Source: Chiloscyllium plagiosum
Lineage: Eukaryota
Direction: 5' to 3'
DNA length: 64,000 nt
NCBI RefSeq assembly: GCF_004010195.1
Contig: NC_057750.1
Location: 8,461,294 to 8,525,293 of the forward strand
Positions within the stretch are counted from its first letter, which is position 1. Each line of letters opens with the position of its first letter. This document shows positions 23,175 to 37,853 of this stretch, one piece after another. Under the pieces are notes generated by a model. It saw only the letters and a program-made list of their open reading frames with translations, did not search any database and was not told the origin of the DNA. A program made the translations under genes and the position numbers.

Positions 23175-23580
23175 AAAATGAAACACAGAACTGTGGATGC
23201 TGGAAATCTGAAACAACAACAGAAGTTGCTGACGAAATTCAGCAAGTCTGGCAGCAGCTGTGGAGAGAGAAAAACAGAGTTATTGTTTCGAGTTCACTGA
23301 CCCTTGTTCAGAACTGTATTTTTAATTTTTCTTCTTCCCTGACTTACTATCAATCATCCCTTTGTCTGTCTAACTATCTCTCTCTCTCTGTCTGTGCTCT
23401 GTCCCCACTTATCAGCTAACCGATTTGCCTCTCCCCACCCCCATCATCAGTATAAATACCATCTTTTCCTAGCTGCAATCAATTCTGAAGAAGGGTCACT
23501 GGACTCAAAGCATTAACTCTGTTTCTCTCTCCATAGTTGCTGCCAGACCTGCTGAGTTTCTCCAACAATTTGTGTTACTG
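23175..23580. mobile_element. PLE-derived element with inverted termini and decayed hammerhead cores
   Basis: Same family as 15050-15290. CTGAAGAAGGGTCACTGGACTC near 23484, with an inverse copy near 23285-23315. Confidence 0.6.
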
Positions 23581-25477
23581 TCTGTCAGAAATGGTCCTGG
23601 CATATCACTCCGTTCAAGGGGCAAATAAGGATGGGCAACAAATGCCCCTCACCTATATCTCATGAATGAATGAAAAAATAAAAAGTTTCTTATTAATGAG
23701 GTGCAGTTTTGATGTGATCCGTCTAGAATATATTTTGGGACCCAATCACTCCTTTATAGCAGACCTCCACTGTATATTGACATTCCTTCAGTGCCATGGG
23801 TCAAAGCATGGGAACTTCCTCCCGAACAGCATTTTGGGTGTCCTATACCACATGCACTGTAGCAATTCAAGGAGGCAGCTCCCCATTACCTTCTCAAGAG
23901 AATTAGGGATGGGTAGTAAATACTGGCCCAGCCAGTGATATCCTCTGCCTGGACAAAATAATCTTGCAGGACTAATGGGGGAGGGGAAGCCAGACCTGCC
24001 CTGACAGACTCCTCTTGTGCTAAAAGGCGCAGTCAATTACTTTCAACATTTTGTTGGACCAGTGACTCGTCAGCTGCCGATTCCAGTTAGTGCTTCAGCT
24101 GCCTCATGTCTGATCTCTATAAAATAGGTCGCTCATCAAGGTTGTGATTTATCATCAGTTTTGTTGTGGAGATACTAAAATGGGCTTGTTTCCTTGATTG
24201 AATTGTTAGTGTTCGCTGGAATGACAGTGGAGGAGTGAAAAGCAATCAACTCTTTTTATTTAAACCCCATTGTAACCGCACGGAAAAAACACTTTAATTT
24301 AGACAGAATTTGAGTAGAATTCAGTCATCCGTAGGGTGATTTGCTGAACAACTTAACAGGGAAAATGCTCAGAATGGGTGATATAAGTTGGCCCCAGTGT
24401 CTGTCTTTTCTGGAGAGTAAAAGAAGGGCAAAGATTTTAGTGTTTTGTTCAGGGACACAATCTCAGGATAAGGGGTTGGCCATTTTGGACTGAGCTGAGA
24501 AGGAATTTCTTCCCTCTGAGGGCAGTGAATCTTTGCTATTCTCTGCCCCAGGTTCAGTCATTGAGGATATTCAAGATAGAGATTGAAAGATTTATACATA
24601 TGAAAAATATCACGGGATATCAGGATAGTACAAGTAGATGGTGTTGCAGTAGCTGATTTCATTGAATGGAAAAGTAGCCAAAAGGGCTTAATGGCCTGTT
24701 CCTGTTCTTTAGTCCTACACTTCCAAGTCCAGACTCTAACCATTCACAAAAACAATAGCAGTGTTGCCCTGTCAGATTGCAAGTCCGGGCATGCCTTTAA
24801 TGGTTACTCCGGAAAGATGTCAGAAGGATGACATCCCTCTATCCAGTAACTCCCATCTCCTCACTTATCTCCATCTCCCATATGAAGAAGCTTTTATCTA
24901 TGCTTTAGTTTCTTCCAGAATTTACTACTTTAAACTATAATATGACTCCAGTTTGCTACATCACTGTCCTCCTCTCCCTTACCCAATAATCTCAGTTGGC
25001 TCCTTGTCCCTCAAATCATTAAAATTCAATTCCTTTCATTGCTTTAAACATCTATGGCATTTGTTGCAACAATTCACTGAGGATTCTTAGATAGTACCTT
25101 CCAAACCTGTGACCTCTACTGTCTGATAGAACAAAGACACGAGAACATCGTCAACCACAAATCTGCCTCTAAGCCACTCACAGTCCTGACTTGGAAATTT
25201 ATGTCATCATTCCTTCAGTGTTGCTAGGTCAAAATCCTGGAACTCTCTTCTTAACAGCATTGCAGGTGTCCCTATTCCACAAGAACTGCAGCGGATCAAG
25301 CCGCCATCTTCTCAGGGGTAGTTAGGGATGGGTAAGAAATGCTGGCCCAGCCAGTGATACACATAGCACATGAATGAATAAAAAAAGATAGAAATTGGGT
25401 GACCACGTTGAGAAAAATAAACATGCAAGTCTAGAGGACTGGCCCTGTTGCTTTAGAATAACGTAGTTTGGGCCAAA

Positions 25478-28400
25478 TAGAGTCATAGAGATGTACAGCA
25501 CGGAAACAGACCCTTCGGTCCAACCTGTCCGTGCCGACCAGATTCCCAACTCTATCTCGTCCTACCTGCCAGCATCCGGCCCATATCCCTCCAAACCCTT
25601 CCTATTCGTCTACCCATCCAGATGCCTTTTAAATGTTGCAATTGTACTAGCCTCCACCACTTCCTCTGGCAGCTCATTCCATACATGTACCACCCTCTGC
25701 TTGAAAAAATTCCCCTTAGGTCTCTTTTATATCTTTCCCCTTTCACCCTAAACCTATGTCCTCTAGTTCTGGACTCCCTGACCCCAGGGAAAAGACTTTG
25801 TCTATTTATCCTACCCATGCCCCTCATGATTTTATAAACCTCTATAAGGTCACCCCTCAGCCTCCGACGTTCCAGGGAAAACACCCTTAGCCTATTCAAC
25901 CTCTCCCTACAGCTCAAATCCTCCAACCCTGGCAACATCCTTGTAAATCTTTTCTGAACCAGTTTAAGTTTCACAACATCTTTCTGATAAGAAGGAGGGC
26001 AGAATTGCACGCAATATTCCAACAATGGCCTAACCAATATCCTGTACAACTGCAACATGACTCCCAACTCCTGTACTCAATACTCTGACCAATAAAGGAA
26101 AGGATACCAAACGCCGCCTTCACTATCCTGTCTACCTGCGACTCCACTTTCAAGGAGCTATGAACCTGCACACCAGGGTCTCTTTGTTCAGCAATGCTCC
26201 CTAGGACCTTACCATTAAGTGTATAAGTCCTGCTAAGATTTGCTTTCCCAAAATGCAGGACCTCACGTTTATCTAAATTAAACTCCATCTGCCATGTCTC
26301 AGCCCATTGGCTCATCTGATTAAGATCCCGTTGTAATCTGAGGTAACCTTCTTCGCTATCCTCTATGCCTCCAATTTTGGTGTCATCTGCAAATTTACTA
26401 ACTATATCTCTTACGTTCACATCCAAATCATTTATGTAAATGATGAAAAGTAGTGAACCCAGCACAGATCCTTGTGGCACATCACTGGTCATAGGCCTCC
26501 AGACTGAAAAACAACCCTCCACCACCACCCTCTGTCTTCTACCTTCGAGCCAGTTCTGTATCCAAATGGCGAGTTCTCCCTGTATTCCATGAAAACTAAC
26601 CTTGCTAACCAGTCTCCCAACGCAAACCTTGTTGAATGCCTTACTGAAGGCCATTTAGATCACATCTACAGCTCTGCCCTCATCAAACCTCTTTGTTACT
26701 TCCTCAAAAAACTCAATTCAAGTTTGTGAGACATGATTTTCCATGCACAAAGCTATGTTGACTATCCCTAATCAGTCCTTGCTTTTCCAAATACTTGAAC
26801 ATCCTGTCCCTCAGGATTTCCTCCAACAACTTGCCCACCACCAATGTCAGGCTCACATGGTCTATAGTTCCCTGACTCGTCCTTACCACCTTTCTTAAAC
26901 AGTGGCACCACATTAGCCAACCTCCAGTCTTTTGACACCTCATCTGTGACTATCGATGATGCAAATATCTCAGTAAGAGGCCCAGCAATCACTTCCCTAG
27001 CTTCCCACAGATTTCTAGAGTACACTGTCAGTTCCTGGGATTTATCAACTTTTATGCATTTCAAGACATCCAGAACTTCCTCCTCTGTAATATAGACATT
27101 TTTCAAGATGTCACTATCTGTTTCCCACATTTTATATCTTCCACATCCTTTTCCACAGTAAACACTGATAAAAAATACTCGTTTAGCATCTCCCCCAGCT
27201 CCTGCGGCTCCACACAAAAGGCCGCCTTGCTGATCTTTGAGGGGCCTTATTCTCTCCCTAATTACCCTTTTATCCTGAATGTATTTGTAAAAACCTTTTG
27301 GATTCTCCTAAACTCTATTTGCTAAAGCTATCTCATGTCCCCTTTTTGCCCTCCTGATTTCCCTCTTAAGTATACTCCTACCGCCTTTATACTCTTCTAA
27401 AGATTCACTCGATCTATCCTGTCTATACCTGATATAAACTTCTTTCTTTTTCTTAACCAAACCCTCAATTTCTTCAGTCATCCAGCATTCCCTATAGCTA
27501 CCAGCCTTTCCTTTCACCCTAACAGGAATATACTTTCTCTGGACTCTCATTATCTCATTTCTGAAGACTTCTCATTTTCCAGCCTTCCCTTTACCTGTGA
27601 CATCTGCCCCCAAGCAGCTTTTGAAAGTTCTTGCCTAATACTGTCAAAATTGGCCTTTCTGCAGTTTAGCACTTCAACTTTTTAGATTTGGTCTATCTTT
27701 TTCCATCACTATTTTAAAGCTAATAGAAGTGTGGTCGCTGGACCCAAAGTGCTCCTCCACTGACACCTCAGTCACCTGCCCTGCCTTATTTCCCAAGAAT
27801 AGGTCAAGTTTTGCACCTTCTCTGGTAGGTACATCCACATACTAAATCAGAAAATGTTCTTGTACACACTTAACAAATTCCTCTCCATCTAAACTCTTAA
27901 CACTATGGCAGTCCCAGTCGATGTTTGGAAAGTTAAAATCCCCTACCATAACCACCCCTATTATTCTTACAGATAGCTGAGATCTCCTTACAAATTTGTT
28001 TCTCAGTTTCCCTCTGACTATAGGGGGTGTGTAATACAATCCCAGTAATGCGATCATTCCTTTCTTATTTAACAGTTCCACCCAAGTAACTTCCCTCGAT
28101 GTATTTCCGGGAACATACTCCCTCAGTACAACTGTAAAGCTTATCAAAAACACCACTCTCCCTCCTCTCTTGCATCCCTTTCTATCCTTCCTGTAGCATT
28201 TGTATCCTGGAACATTAAGCTGCCAGTCCTGCCCATCCCTGAGCCATGTTTCTGTAATTGCTATGAAATCCCAGTCCCATGTTCCTAACCATGCCCTAAG
28301 TTTCTCTGCCTTCCCTGTTAGACCCCTTGCATTGAAATAAATGCAGTTTAACTTATCAGTTCTACCTTGTTCTCTACTTTGTTCCTGCCTGCCCTGACAG

Positions 28401-29036
28401 TTTGACTTGCTTCTGTTGTCATCTGTACCAGTCTCAGATTGATCCCTTTCCTCACTAGTTTAAATCCTCCTGAGCAACTCTAGCAAATGTCCCTGCCAGA
28501 ATGTTAGTCCCCTTCCAATTTAGGTGCAATCTGTCCTTCTTGTACAGGTCATTTCTACCCCAAAAGAGCTTCCAATGATCCAAAAATGTGAATCCTTCTT
28601 CCATCCACCAGCTCCTCAGCCATGCAGTTTTCTGCTCTATCCTCCCATTCCTGCCCTCACTAGCTCGTAGCACCGGGAGTAATCCAGATATTACTACTCT
28701 CGAGGACCTCCTTTTTAAATTCCTGCCTAACTCTCTGTAATCTCCCTTCAGAATCTCAACCTTTTCCCTTCATATGTCATTAGTTCCAATGTGGACAATA
28801 ACCTCCTGCTAGTCCCTTTCCCCCGTGAGAACATTCTGCACCCTCTCTGAGACATCCTTGATCCTGACACCAGGAAGCAACACACCATTCTGATTTTTTG
28901 TTGCTGGCCACAGAAACGTCTGTCTGTACCTCGGACTAGAGAGTCCACTAACACAATCGATCCCTTGGAACCCTACGTACCCCTTATTGGATTAGAACCA
29001 GTCTCAATACCAGAAACTTGGCTGTTCATGCTATGT
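25478..29036 (-). mobile_element. CR1/HER1 LINE, 5'-truncated in ORF1 (esterase part, APE, RT, 3' tail), decayed
   Basis: VDSLVRG and DRLHLNWKG (SGNH-esterase-like), GDFNFPNIDW, PQGSVLG, KFADD; tail TAGAGTCATAGAG. Confidence 0.95.
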
Positions 29037-29429
29037 TATGGTGACCTCCTCTCCCTAATGTCTATTTTTTAACCATATTGTGGAAAGTGGGGTGTGAGAC
29101 AGTTGGTCCGGCTAAAACCAAATTATTTTAAAAAAGAATTAAAGCATTTTTTTTCAACATAACCCTTGAAGGCTCCCCGTCTGCAGCCACCACCTTCCCT
29201 GGGACATAGCTAAGGCATCAGAGCTGTTAGTTCTCTTCCTAAGGCTTATTAACCTCAACAGCAAACATCCCACTGTGGGCATCAGGAATACAGATTATGA
29301 GGCTGAATTCAGACCTTACGTTCTGCACTGGGAATATGATGTAGCCCGGAACTAATTTTCTGTCATTCTCTTTCTCTCAATGCTGTCTCTTATGCCTCCA
29401 GCATATTCCTGTTCAACCTATTCTTAAAA

Positions 29430-29742
29430 TCATAGAATCCCTACATTGTGTGGGCCATTGAGTCCACACTGCCCCTCCGAAGAACATCCCATCCAGACTC
29501 ACCCGCTAACCTATCCCTCTAACACTGCATTTCCTGTGGCCAATTCACTTAGCATGCACATCTTTAAACTCTATTGGCAATTTATCATGACCAATCCACC
29601 TAACCTGCACATTTTAGACTGTGGGAGGAACCCACACAGCCACGGTAGGGAAACATGGACAGTCACCCCAGGCTGGAATCGAATGTGGGTCCCTGGTGAT
29701 GTGAGACAGCAGCACTGTCCACTGAACCACTGTGCTGCCCCA
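29430..29742 (-). mobile_element. HE1-type V-SINE, diverged
   Basis: Decayed tRNA head at the right end, V-domain remnants. Confidence 0.75.
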
Positions 29743-31464
29743 TTCTTGGAGGGCAATACTTTAAACATTTTCGTCCTGTGCTCAGGAATTGGTCTCTCCT
29801 TACCCCACCAGCCTTTCTCCTCCAAAACCCCCAATTAAAGATCACCACATCCCCCTCACCGATCCATTTATTGTTCCTCTGAGTATCTGCTCCTCTGGCC
29901 TAATTCCTTGCTAATTTTGAATGAACCTCCTGAATGTACTTCAGAGCGGTTCCCTAAAGATGTTGTAGTCCAGCGGCTCAGCTGAGAGATGAATGGATGA
30001 AGACAGTACAAAAAGCAAGACTTGTATTGACATAACACCTTTCGCTATGACAATACAACCAATGAGTGTTTGTGTCTGAAGTGAATGTTTGTAATTGATG
30101 GTATACAGCAGTCAATGTACACACAGAGACCTCCCACAAAGAGATAATGGCTGATGTTTTTCTTTTCCCCAGTTGCAGGCTAAGAGGAGATTTGAAGGAA
30201 GTTTTGAGCGAGTTGGACAGAGTAGATAGGGAGAAACTCCTCCCACTCAAAAGGATTGAGAAAAAGAGGGCACAATTTGAGACCGATTTGCAAAAGACGC
30301 AAGGATGATGTGAGGAGAAAAGCTTTTTCACACAGTGAGTAGTTAAGGTCTGGAATGCATTGCCTGGAGATGTGGTAGATGCAGATTCATTTGAGACATT
30401 TAAGATAGTGTTGGCTAATTATTTGAGTAGAAATGGTGTGCAGGGATATGGGGAAAAGGTAGGATACCGGGAGATAGCTGTGAATCGTATTTGGAGAGCC
30501 AATGCAGATGCACTGGGTTGAATGGCCTTCATTGGCATCATAATGATGCTGTGATTATTGGGCAAGGCACAGAGAGTGGTGCTGAAGCTCCTTGGATGCT
30601 GCCTGAACTGCTGTGCTCTTCCAGCACCACTAATCCAGAATGAGGGATTAAATAAGTCCAGCTCAGAGAGGAAATGGTGCCCTCATTTTAAAGTGGCATC
30701 CAAATGATGCCCATGAGTCGTTTCTATCCTTTGATGTTGCCCGGTTGGGTTACTGTGTTGGGATTCTGAAGTGTTTTATGTTGGAATTGGAGCAGGCTGC
30801 GAATTTAGTAGCTTTTCAGCACTTGTGCCATCCTTGAGCATAGGTATGAACAGCAAAACTGACTGGGCAGTCATATGGACAGAAGGTGAGAAAGAAATAC
30901 AGTCACATTGTCACAATGTGCATGCACATATACATAAATACCCTCCATACATGCATGTGTGTTCATCCTGCTGAACAAGACGTACATTGTCTGTTTAACA
31001 TATAATTAGGCATAATTGCTTGAAAAAAAACCCCAAAAAACAGAGTAGGTGGAGCATTCATTGATGTTGTGTTGGTTAATGATAGCCTTGAACAACAGCT
31101 CTTAATTGCCTAAGGACAAAGCTATTAGGAGTGTTATGTACTGTAAACACACAGCTGTGATGTCTCCGTATGCAAATTCGGAACATGCAATTAAAAAGGA
31201 GTTTAAAGAAAAGGGGGAACAGCCTGCCTGCACAACAGATACCTTCAGTGAAACATTGCAAATGCTGTGACAGTATCACCCAGCTTCTGTTGTAGTTTCA
31301 TTTTATGATAGGTACTTACTGCTGCTGATTCCACCACATGACTCTGGAATACAAGCTAGTGCTTGTGTTGCATCTTTCACACTTGTAGGATCAGCATCTT
31401 GGTGGGGGTGGGGTGGTGTACCATTGTCCAGAATCTGAATTTGGACCAACCCTTTAAATATGGT

Positions 31465-32048
31465 GGCTACAAGAACAGGTCAGAGGTAGGGAATCCTGCA
31501 GTGAGTAACTCACCTCTCAAAGCCTGTCCACCATCGATAAGGCACAAGTGATGGAATACTTCCCACTTGCCTGGATGGGTGCACCTCTGACCACACTCAA
31601 GAAGCTCTACACCATCCAAGACAAAGCAGTTCACTTGATTGAGACCACATCCACAAACATCCACTCCCTCCACTACCAATGCTCGGTGGCAGCAGTGTAT
31701 ACTATTTACAAGATGCACTGCAGAAATGCACCAAAGATGCTCAGGCAGCACCTTCCAAACCCACAACCACTTTCATCTAGGAGGACCAGGACAGCAGATA
31801 CATGGGAACACCATCCTCTGCAAGTTGTCCTCCAAGCCACTCATCCTCTCAAATTGAAAATACATCACCATACCTTCGGTGTTGCTGGGTCAAAATCCTG
31901 TACTCCCTTCCTGATGGCATTGTGAGTGTCTCTACACCACACAGACTTCAGCGATTCAAGAAGGCAGCTAACCACCACCTTCTCAACAGGAAATTCGAGA
32001 TGGGCAATAAACGTTGGTCTGGCCAACATTCTGTGAATGAATAAAAAC
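31465..32048 (+). mobile_element. CR1/L2-supergroup LINE 3' fragment (family not assigned)
   Basis: MEYFPLAWMGA...KKLYTIQDKAVHLI...SVAAVYTIYKMH; tail GATGGGCAATAAA. Related pieces lie near 22340-22610, 23790-23950, 25060-25385 (+) and 40030-40630 (-). Confidence 0.7.
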
Positions 32049-32677
32049 AGTCCCCAGAGGATGTAATGGCCGTCACTGGCAACAAAATGTGCCCTGTATA
32101 TAACGCCTTTAACAAAATGTCCAAGTGTCTTCACTTAAATGTTATGAAATAAAATTTGATACCGAGTCACATGAGGATATATTAGGCCAGGTGGCTATAA
32201 ATTATTTCAAAGTGGTAGGTTTTAAAGTATCTTAAAGGAGGAGACAGAAAGGTGGAGAGCTGTAGGGAGAGTATTGCAGAGCTGAGGATCTGCCATTCAT
32301 GATTAAAGTAGGGATGATGAGACCAGGATGATAGGAGAGCGGAGACTAGAATGGTAGAAGAGCGGAGATCAAGATTAGAAGAACACAGAGATCTTGAAGG
32401 GTTATGTGCATTGAGAGGATTACAGAGATAGGGAGGATGTGGCCATGGAAGGATTTGAAAATGAGGGTTAGAATTTTGATATCAAGATATTCAATCCTGA
32501 GGAGACTAGATGTGGAAGGATGTTTTTTGTTATGGAATCTAGAACTAGGGGTCATTGTTTGAAATGAAGGTGTTGGCCATTTGAAACAGAGGATGCTACC
32601 TTTTTCTCACAGAGGGTTGTGAATCTTTGGGATTCCCTTCCTCAAAAGACAGTGGATGTAGAATTTTAAATATTTTC

Positions 32678-34305
32678 CATCAGTATTTACTGTGGTGAAG
32701 ATATGGAAGCTGGACAACTTGAAGAATTAAACAGCGATATCTTGAAAAGTATTCATATTACAGAGGAGAAGATGCTAGATGTTTTAAAATGCATAAAGGT
32801 GGATACATTCCCGGGACCTGGTCAGGTCTGTCCCAGAACTTTGTGGGAAGCTGGGGGGGGGGGGGGTGATTGCTGGGCCCCTTGCTGAAATATTTGTATC
32901 ATCAATAGCCACTGGTGACATGCTGGAAGAATGGAGGTTGGCTAATGTGGTGGCTATTATTTAAGAAAGATGGTAAGGAAAAGCCAGGAAACTATCGACC
33001 GGTGTGCCTGATGTCTGTGGTGGGTAAGTTGTTGGAGAGGATTCTCAGGGACAAGGTCTGCATGTATTTGAAAAGGACTGATTAGGGACCGTCAACATGG
33101 CTTTGTGTGTGGGAAATAGTGTCTCACTAACTTTATTGAATCTTTTGAAGAGATGACAAACATGAAGGCAGAGCCGTGGACGTTGTCTCTGTGGACTTCA
33201 TCAAGGCGTATGAGAAGGTTCCGCATGATCGACTGGTTAGCAAAGTTAGATCATATGAACCCAGGGAGAGCTAGCCATTTGGATGCAAAATTGAATTGAA
33301 GGTAGGAAACAGGGTGGTGGTGGAGGCTTTTTTTTTTGGACTGGAATCCTGTGACCAGCAGTGTGCTGCAAAGATCAGTGCTGGGTCCACTGCCTTTTGT
33401 CATTCAGATAAATGATTTAGATGTGAATGTAGGAGGACCGGTTAGTAAGTTTGCAGGTGACACTAAAATTGTTGTTGTAGTGCACAGTGAGAAAGGTTAT
33501 CTCAGAGTTCACCAGGACTTTGATCAGATGAACCAATGGGCCAAGGAGTGACAGGTGGAGTTAAATTTAGATAAGTGTGAGGTGTTGTATTTTGGTAAGA
33601 CAAATCAGTGCAGACCTATACTTAATTGAGTGTGTTGTTGAACAAAGAAACCTTGGGATGCTGATTCATAGTTCCTTGAAGATGAAGAAGGCATTTGGTA
33701 CACTTGCCTTTATTGATCAGTGCATTGAGTATAGGAATTGAGCTGTCATGTTACGGCTGTACACGACATTGGTTAGGCCACTTTTGGAATACTGTGTTCA
33801 ATTTTGGTCTCCCTGCTACAGGAAAGATATTGTTAAAGTCGAAAGGGTGCAGAAAAAAATCCAAAGAATGTTGCTGGGGTGGAGAGTGAGCTATAGGTGA
33901 GGCTGACTGGGCTGGGGCTATTTTACCTGCAGGCTGATAGAGGGTTATAAAAATCATCAGGGGCATGGATAAGGTGAATAGCCGAGGTCTTTTTTCCAAG
34001 GTAGGGAAGTCCAAAACTAGAGGGCATAGGTTTAAGGTGAGAGGGGAAGGAATTAAAAGGGACCTATGGGTAATGTTTTCACACAGAAGGTGGTGCGAGC
34101 ATGGAATGAGCTGCCAGAGGAAGTGGTGGCGGCTGGTGCAATTACAGCATTTAAAAGGCATCTGGATGGGTACATGAGTAGGAAGAGTTTTGAGGGTTAT
34201 GGGCAAAACGCTGACAAATAGGACTAGATTAATTTAAGATATATGGTCAGTGCAGACGAGTTTGACTGAAGGGTCTGTTTCCATGTGTACAACTCTATCA
34301 ATCTA
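32678..34305 (+). mobile_element. CR1/HER1 LINE 3' half, strongly decayed
   Basis: SVLGPLPF, SKFAGD and TRGHRFKVRG remnants, plus the 3' tail. Confidence 0.9.
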
Positions 34306-35774
34306 TTTTTAAGGCAGATTGAGAGAGTTTCATGATAACCAAGCATTATCAGAGGATATGCAAAAATGAGGCTGAGCTGACCTTACAATCAGATCAGCCA
34401 AGATCATATTGAATGGGGGAAGTAGGTTGGAAGGGTCAAGTGACCTATTCTTCTGTGTTTGTATGCTGCTTGATCAGGAACCAGCGCATGGGCTGATAGA
34501 GGAACGCAACTGAGTGCGAGTTATGACACAGCCAGCTGCATTTTGGATGACCTCAAGTTTAAAAGGGTATAGAACATGGGACAACAGTCAGGAGTGGTCA
34601 GGGATAGCCCAGACTAAAGATCCATGCTGTATTGTTCTATGACTATGAGAGAGGGCTGAGTGAGAGATTCAGCAGGTGGACAGAAAAGGGGCAAAGCTGT
34701 GTGCTGTGATGGAGGTGGAAATAAATGAGGTTGGAGTTCTGCTAGGGTCAAATATGACACCAAGGTTACAAAAATACTGCCTTAATCTTGGATTGTTCTT
34801 GGAGAGGGATGGAGTTGGTAGCTGGGAAACAGGATTTGGAGCGAGGACTGAAATAATGTCTACAGTCTTCCAATATTTAATCAGCTAATGAGTTATTTTT
34901 GAAACTTGGTGGCTTGTTGGCAGCTTTCCACTTAGCCTTATTTCTCTGCCCTTTCTTTACACAAGTTTCTTTTTGCAAATACCTTTCCATTTTCCTTTTA
35001 AGACCTATTATCAAGTTACAGGGGCAGGAGAAGGCCATTCAGTCACTTCAAACTGTTTCTCTATTTGCTCTCGGTCAGTTGATATTTCAACACTGTTTAT
35101 GCCCAGGTGGATGACTGACTGACACCGGACGGGTCCTTGATGGTCAACAGTCTGCTTGTGCAAAATAGCACATCATGTAATACTAATGTGATGGCCTTTG
35201 GCGCAGGCTGAAGATCTACCTATGCAGGGGGGTGCTCAGTGAACAGGAGCTGAGAGAGCAAGCAGCCTGGTTTAATTAGTCAACTGGGCACCTGTCCCTT
35301 AGCGCAAATCCTTGGTGGTATTGCCCTCTGGACTGTAGCTCCGTGCCTCCTGCCTGTGGATGGGAGAGAGCCCATCAGGATCGTGAAAGGTTGGCACATG
35401 TTGGCTGCCAGTGTCCATGGATGAGGGATGATTGAGGTTCCTGCCCATGGATCGATCCCTGAGCTGCTGTTTGGTGGTGAGTGACAGGCAGGCCTGTTTG
35501 GCAGGAAGATAGGACGCTGAATATTATTGAAGCAGTTTACAGTATTAATGAGACAGTTAACAAATTATAATCTTCATAAATTGACAACTCTTCCTCCCCC
35601 CCACCTGGCCCGGTCTATTGAGACACTCACCTGATCGCTTGGCAGAAGCAAAAAAAAATGCTCCTGATATCCAGATAGGCCTCATCAGCCCCCTCACCCA
35701 ATTCTGCCCCAAAGTCCATGTCACTCAGGCACCATGAGACGCCACACAAAAAAGATTATCCTCAAATAGATTTA

Positions 35775-35995
35775 CAGGAGGTCCCCAATTTATGAACGTC
35801 CAACTTACAAATGCTCTTACTTGTGAACAGGATCTCGTGTGAGGGGTTTCATTTTACAGACCTGATATATAAACATTTCTTGTACTTAAAAGTGGCGATT
35901 TTATATTGTCCTGCATTGTGTCCCAATCTGCATACAAATTGACTTGCAAACAGGCTCCAAAATGGAAGTCATTCACATAATTCGAGGAATTCCTG
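35775..35995. mobile_element. Possible Tigger/pogo-like MITE
   Basis: Left end TA|CAGGAGGTCCCCAATTTATGAA versus right end (reverse complement) CAGGAATTCCTCGAATTATGTGAA: degenerate TIRs. Confidence 0.45.
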
Positions 35996-37216
35996 CGTTA
36001 GTGATCGTCATCTTGGGTTGGTCTGCCTCACAAATGAAAGCATGATTATTTCTGGAAGAGTGTGTGCATCAAAGCTTTGTGTATTGTACATCCATACAGA
36101 TGCAAGAATGCCAAATTTCAAAGGGAGTAACACTTCATATTGCATGATAAAAGCAGTATTGATTGATTAGTAGATTGACTTTGATAAGTTGATGCACCAT
36201 CATGGAGAGTGTACCATCTACCCTGCATCTACCTTATCAAATCCCTTTGTAGTCTTAAAAACCTCCCTAAAGTCACTCCTCAGACCTCCTTTGTCTCAGG
36301 GAAAGACTCTCAGCCAGCTTTGCCTTTCTTGTATAGTGTTCCCTCCCAGTTCTATCCTACAGTATTCTGATTACAGCCTGTTCTGTTCCTGACAAGATTT
36401 TTTTGAAACAGGCTCAAGCTACAGAAAAACATTCTATTCCTGCAGAATGTCCCACCACTCTCACCTTAATGAGATAGGAAAATAAATTGTGAAGGATCAT
36501 TGCCATAAGTGCAGTTTATTTAATGTGCACATTCCATTTACACAGCATTTGCCACAAGCTCATCATTACTGACCTCTTCCCAAAATGAAATGGATTCCCA
36601 CTGCTGCACAAGAACACAAATAGAGGAAGGAATGACCATTCAGTTCAGCAGCATTTCCACTCTCCAAATCTCACACAGACTGGTCTTTGTCATTTATTGC
36701 AAGGGGAATGAAATATTAAGGCTGGGAGGTTTCACTGAAATATTAAGGCTGGGAGGTTCCACCTGGTGCTCCCGCGAGGAGGTTGAGCAGTTCATCAACT
36801 TCACCAACACATTCCACCCTGACCTTAAATTTACCTGGACCATCTCTGACACCTCCCTCCCCTTCCTGGACCTCTCCATCTCCATCAGTGACGACCGACT
36901 TGACACTGACATTTTCTACAAACCCACCGATTCCCACAGCTACCTGGATTACACCTCTTCCCACCCTAACTCTTTCAAAAATGCCATCCCATATTCCCAA
37001 TTCCTCCACCTATGCTGTATCTGCTCCCAGGAGGACCAGTTCCACCACAGAACACACCAGACGGCCTTCTTCTTTAGAGACCGCAATTTCCCTTCCCACG
37101 TGGTTAAAGATGCCCCCCAATGCATCTCGTCCACATCCCGCACCTCCGCCCTCAGACCAAACCCCTCCAACCGCAACAAGGACAGAACGCCCCTGGTGCC
37201 CACCTTCCACCCTACC

Positions 37217-37811
37217 NNNNNNNNNNNNNNNNNNNNNNNNNNNNNNNNNNNNNNNNNNNNNNNNNNNNNNNNNNNNNNNNNNNNNNNNNNNNNNNNNNNN
37301 NNNNNNNNNNNNNNNNNNNNNNNNNNNNNNNNNNNNNNNNNNNNNNNNNNNNNNNNNNNNNNNNNNNNNNNNNNNNNNNNNNNNNNNNNNNNNNNNNNNN
37401 NNNNNNNNNNNNNNNNNNNNNNNNNNNNNNNNNNNNNNNNNNNNNNNNNNNNNNNNNNNNNNNNNNNNNNNNNNNNNNNNNNNNNNNNNNNNNNNNNNNN
37501 NNNNNNNNNNNNNNNNNNNNNNNNNNNNNNNNNNNNNNNNNNNNNNNNNNNNNNNNNNNNNNNNNNNNNNNNNNNNNNNNNNNNNNNNNNNNNNNNNNNN
37601 NNNNNNNNNNNNNNNNNNNNNNNNNNNNNNNNNNNNNNNNNNNNNNNNNNNNNNNNNNNNNNNNNNNNNNNNNNNNNNNNNNNNNNNNNNNNNNNNNNNN
37701 NNNNNNNNNNNNNNNNNNNNNNNNNNNNNNNNNNNNNNNNNNNNNNNNNNNNNNNNNNNNNNNNNNNNNNNNNNNNNNNNNNNNNNNNNNNNNNNNNNNN
37801 NNNNNNNNNNN
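37217..37811. other. Assembly gap (595 N)
   Basis: Run of N. Confidence 1.
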
Positions 37812-37817
37812 GCCTTT

Positions 37818-37853
37818 ATTCCTGATGAAGGGCTTTTGCCCGAAACGTCGATT
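37818..37853 (+). ncRNA. Minimal hammerhead ribozyme motif in PLE terminus
   Basis: ATTC-CTGATGA-A-GGGC-TTTT-GCCC-GAAA-CG-TC-GATT. Confidence 0.72.
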
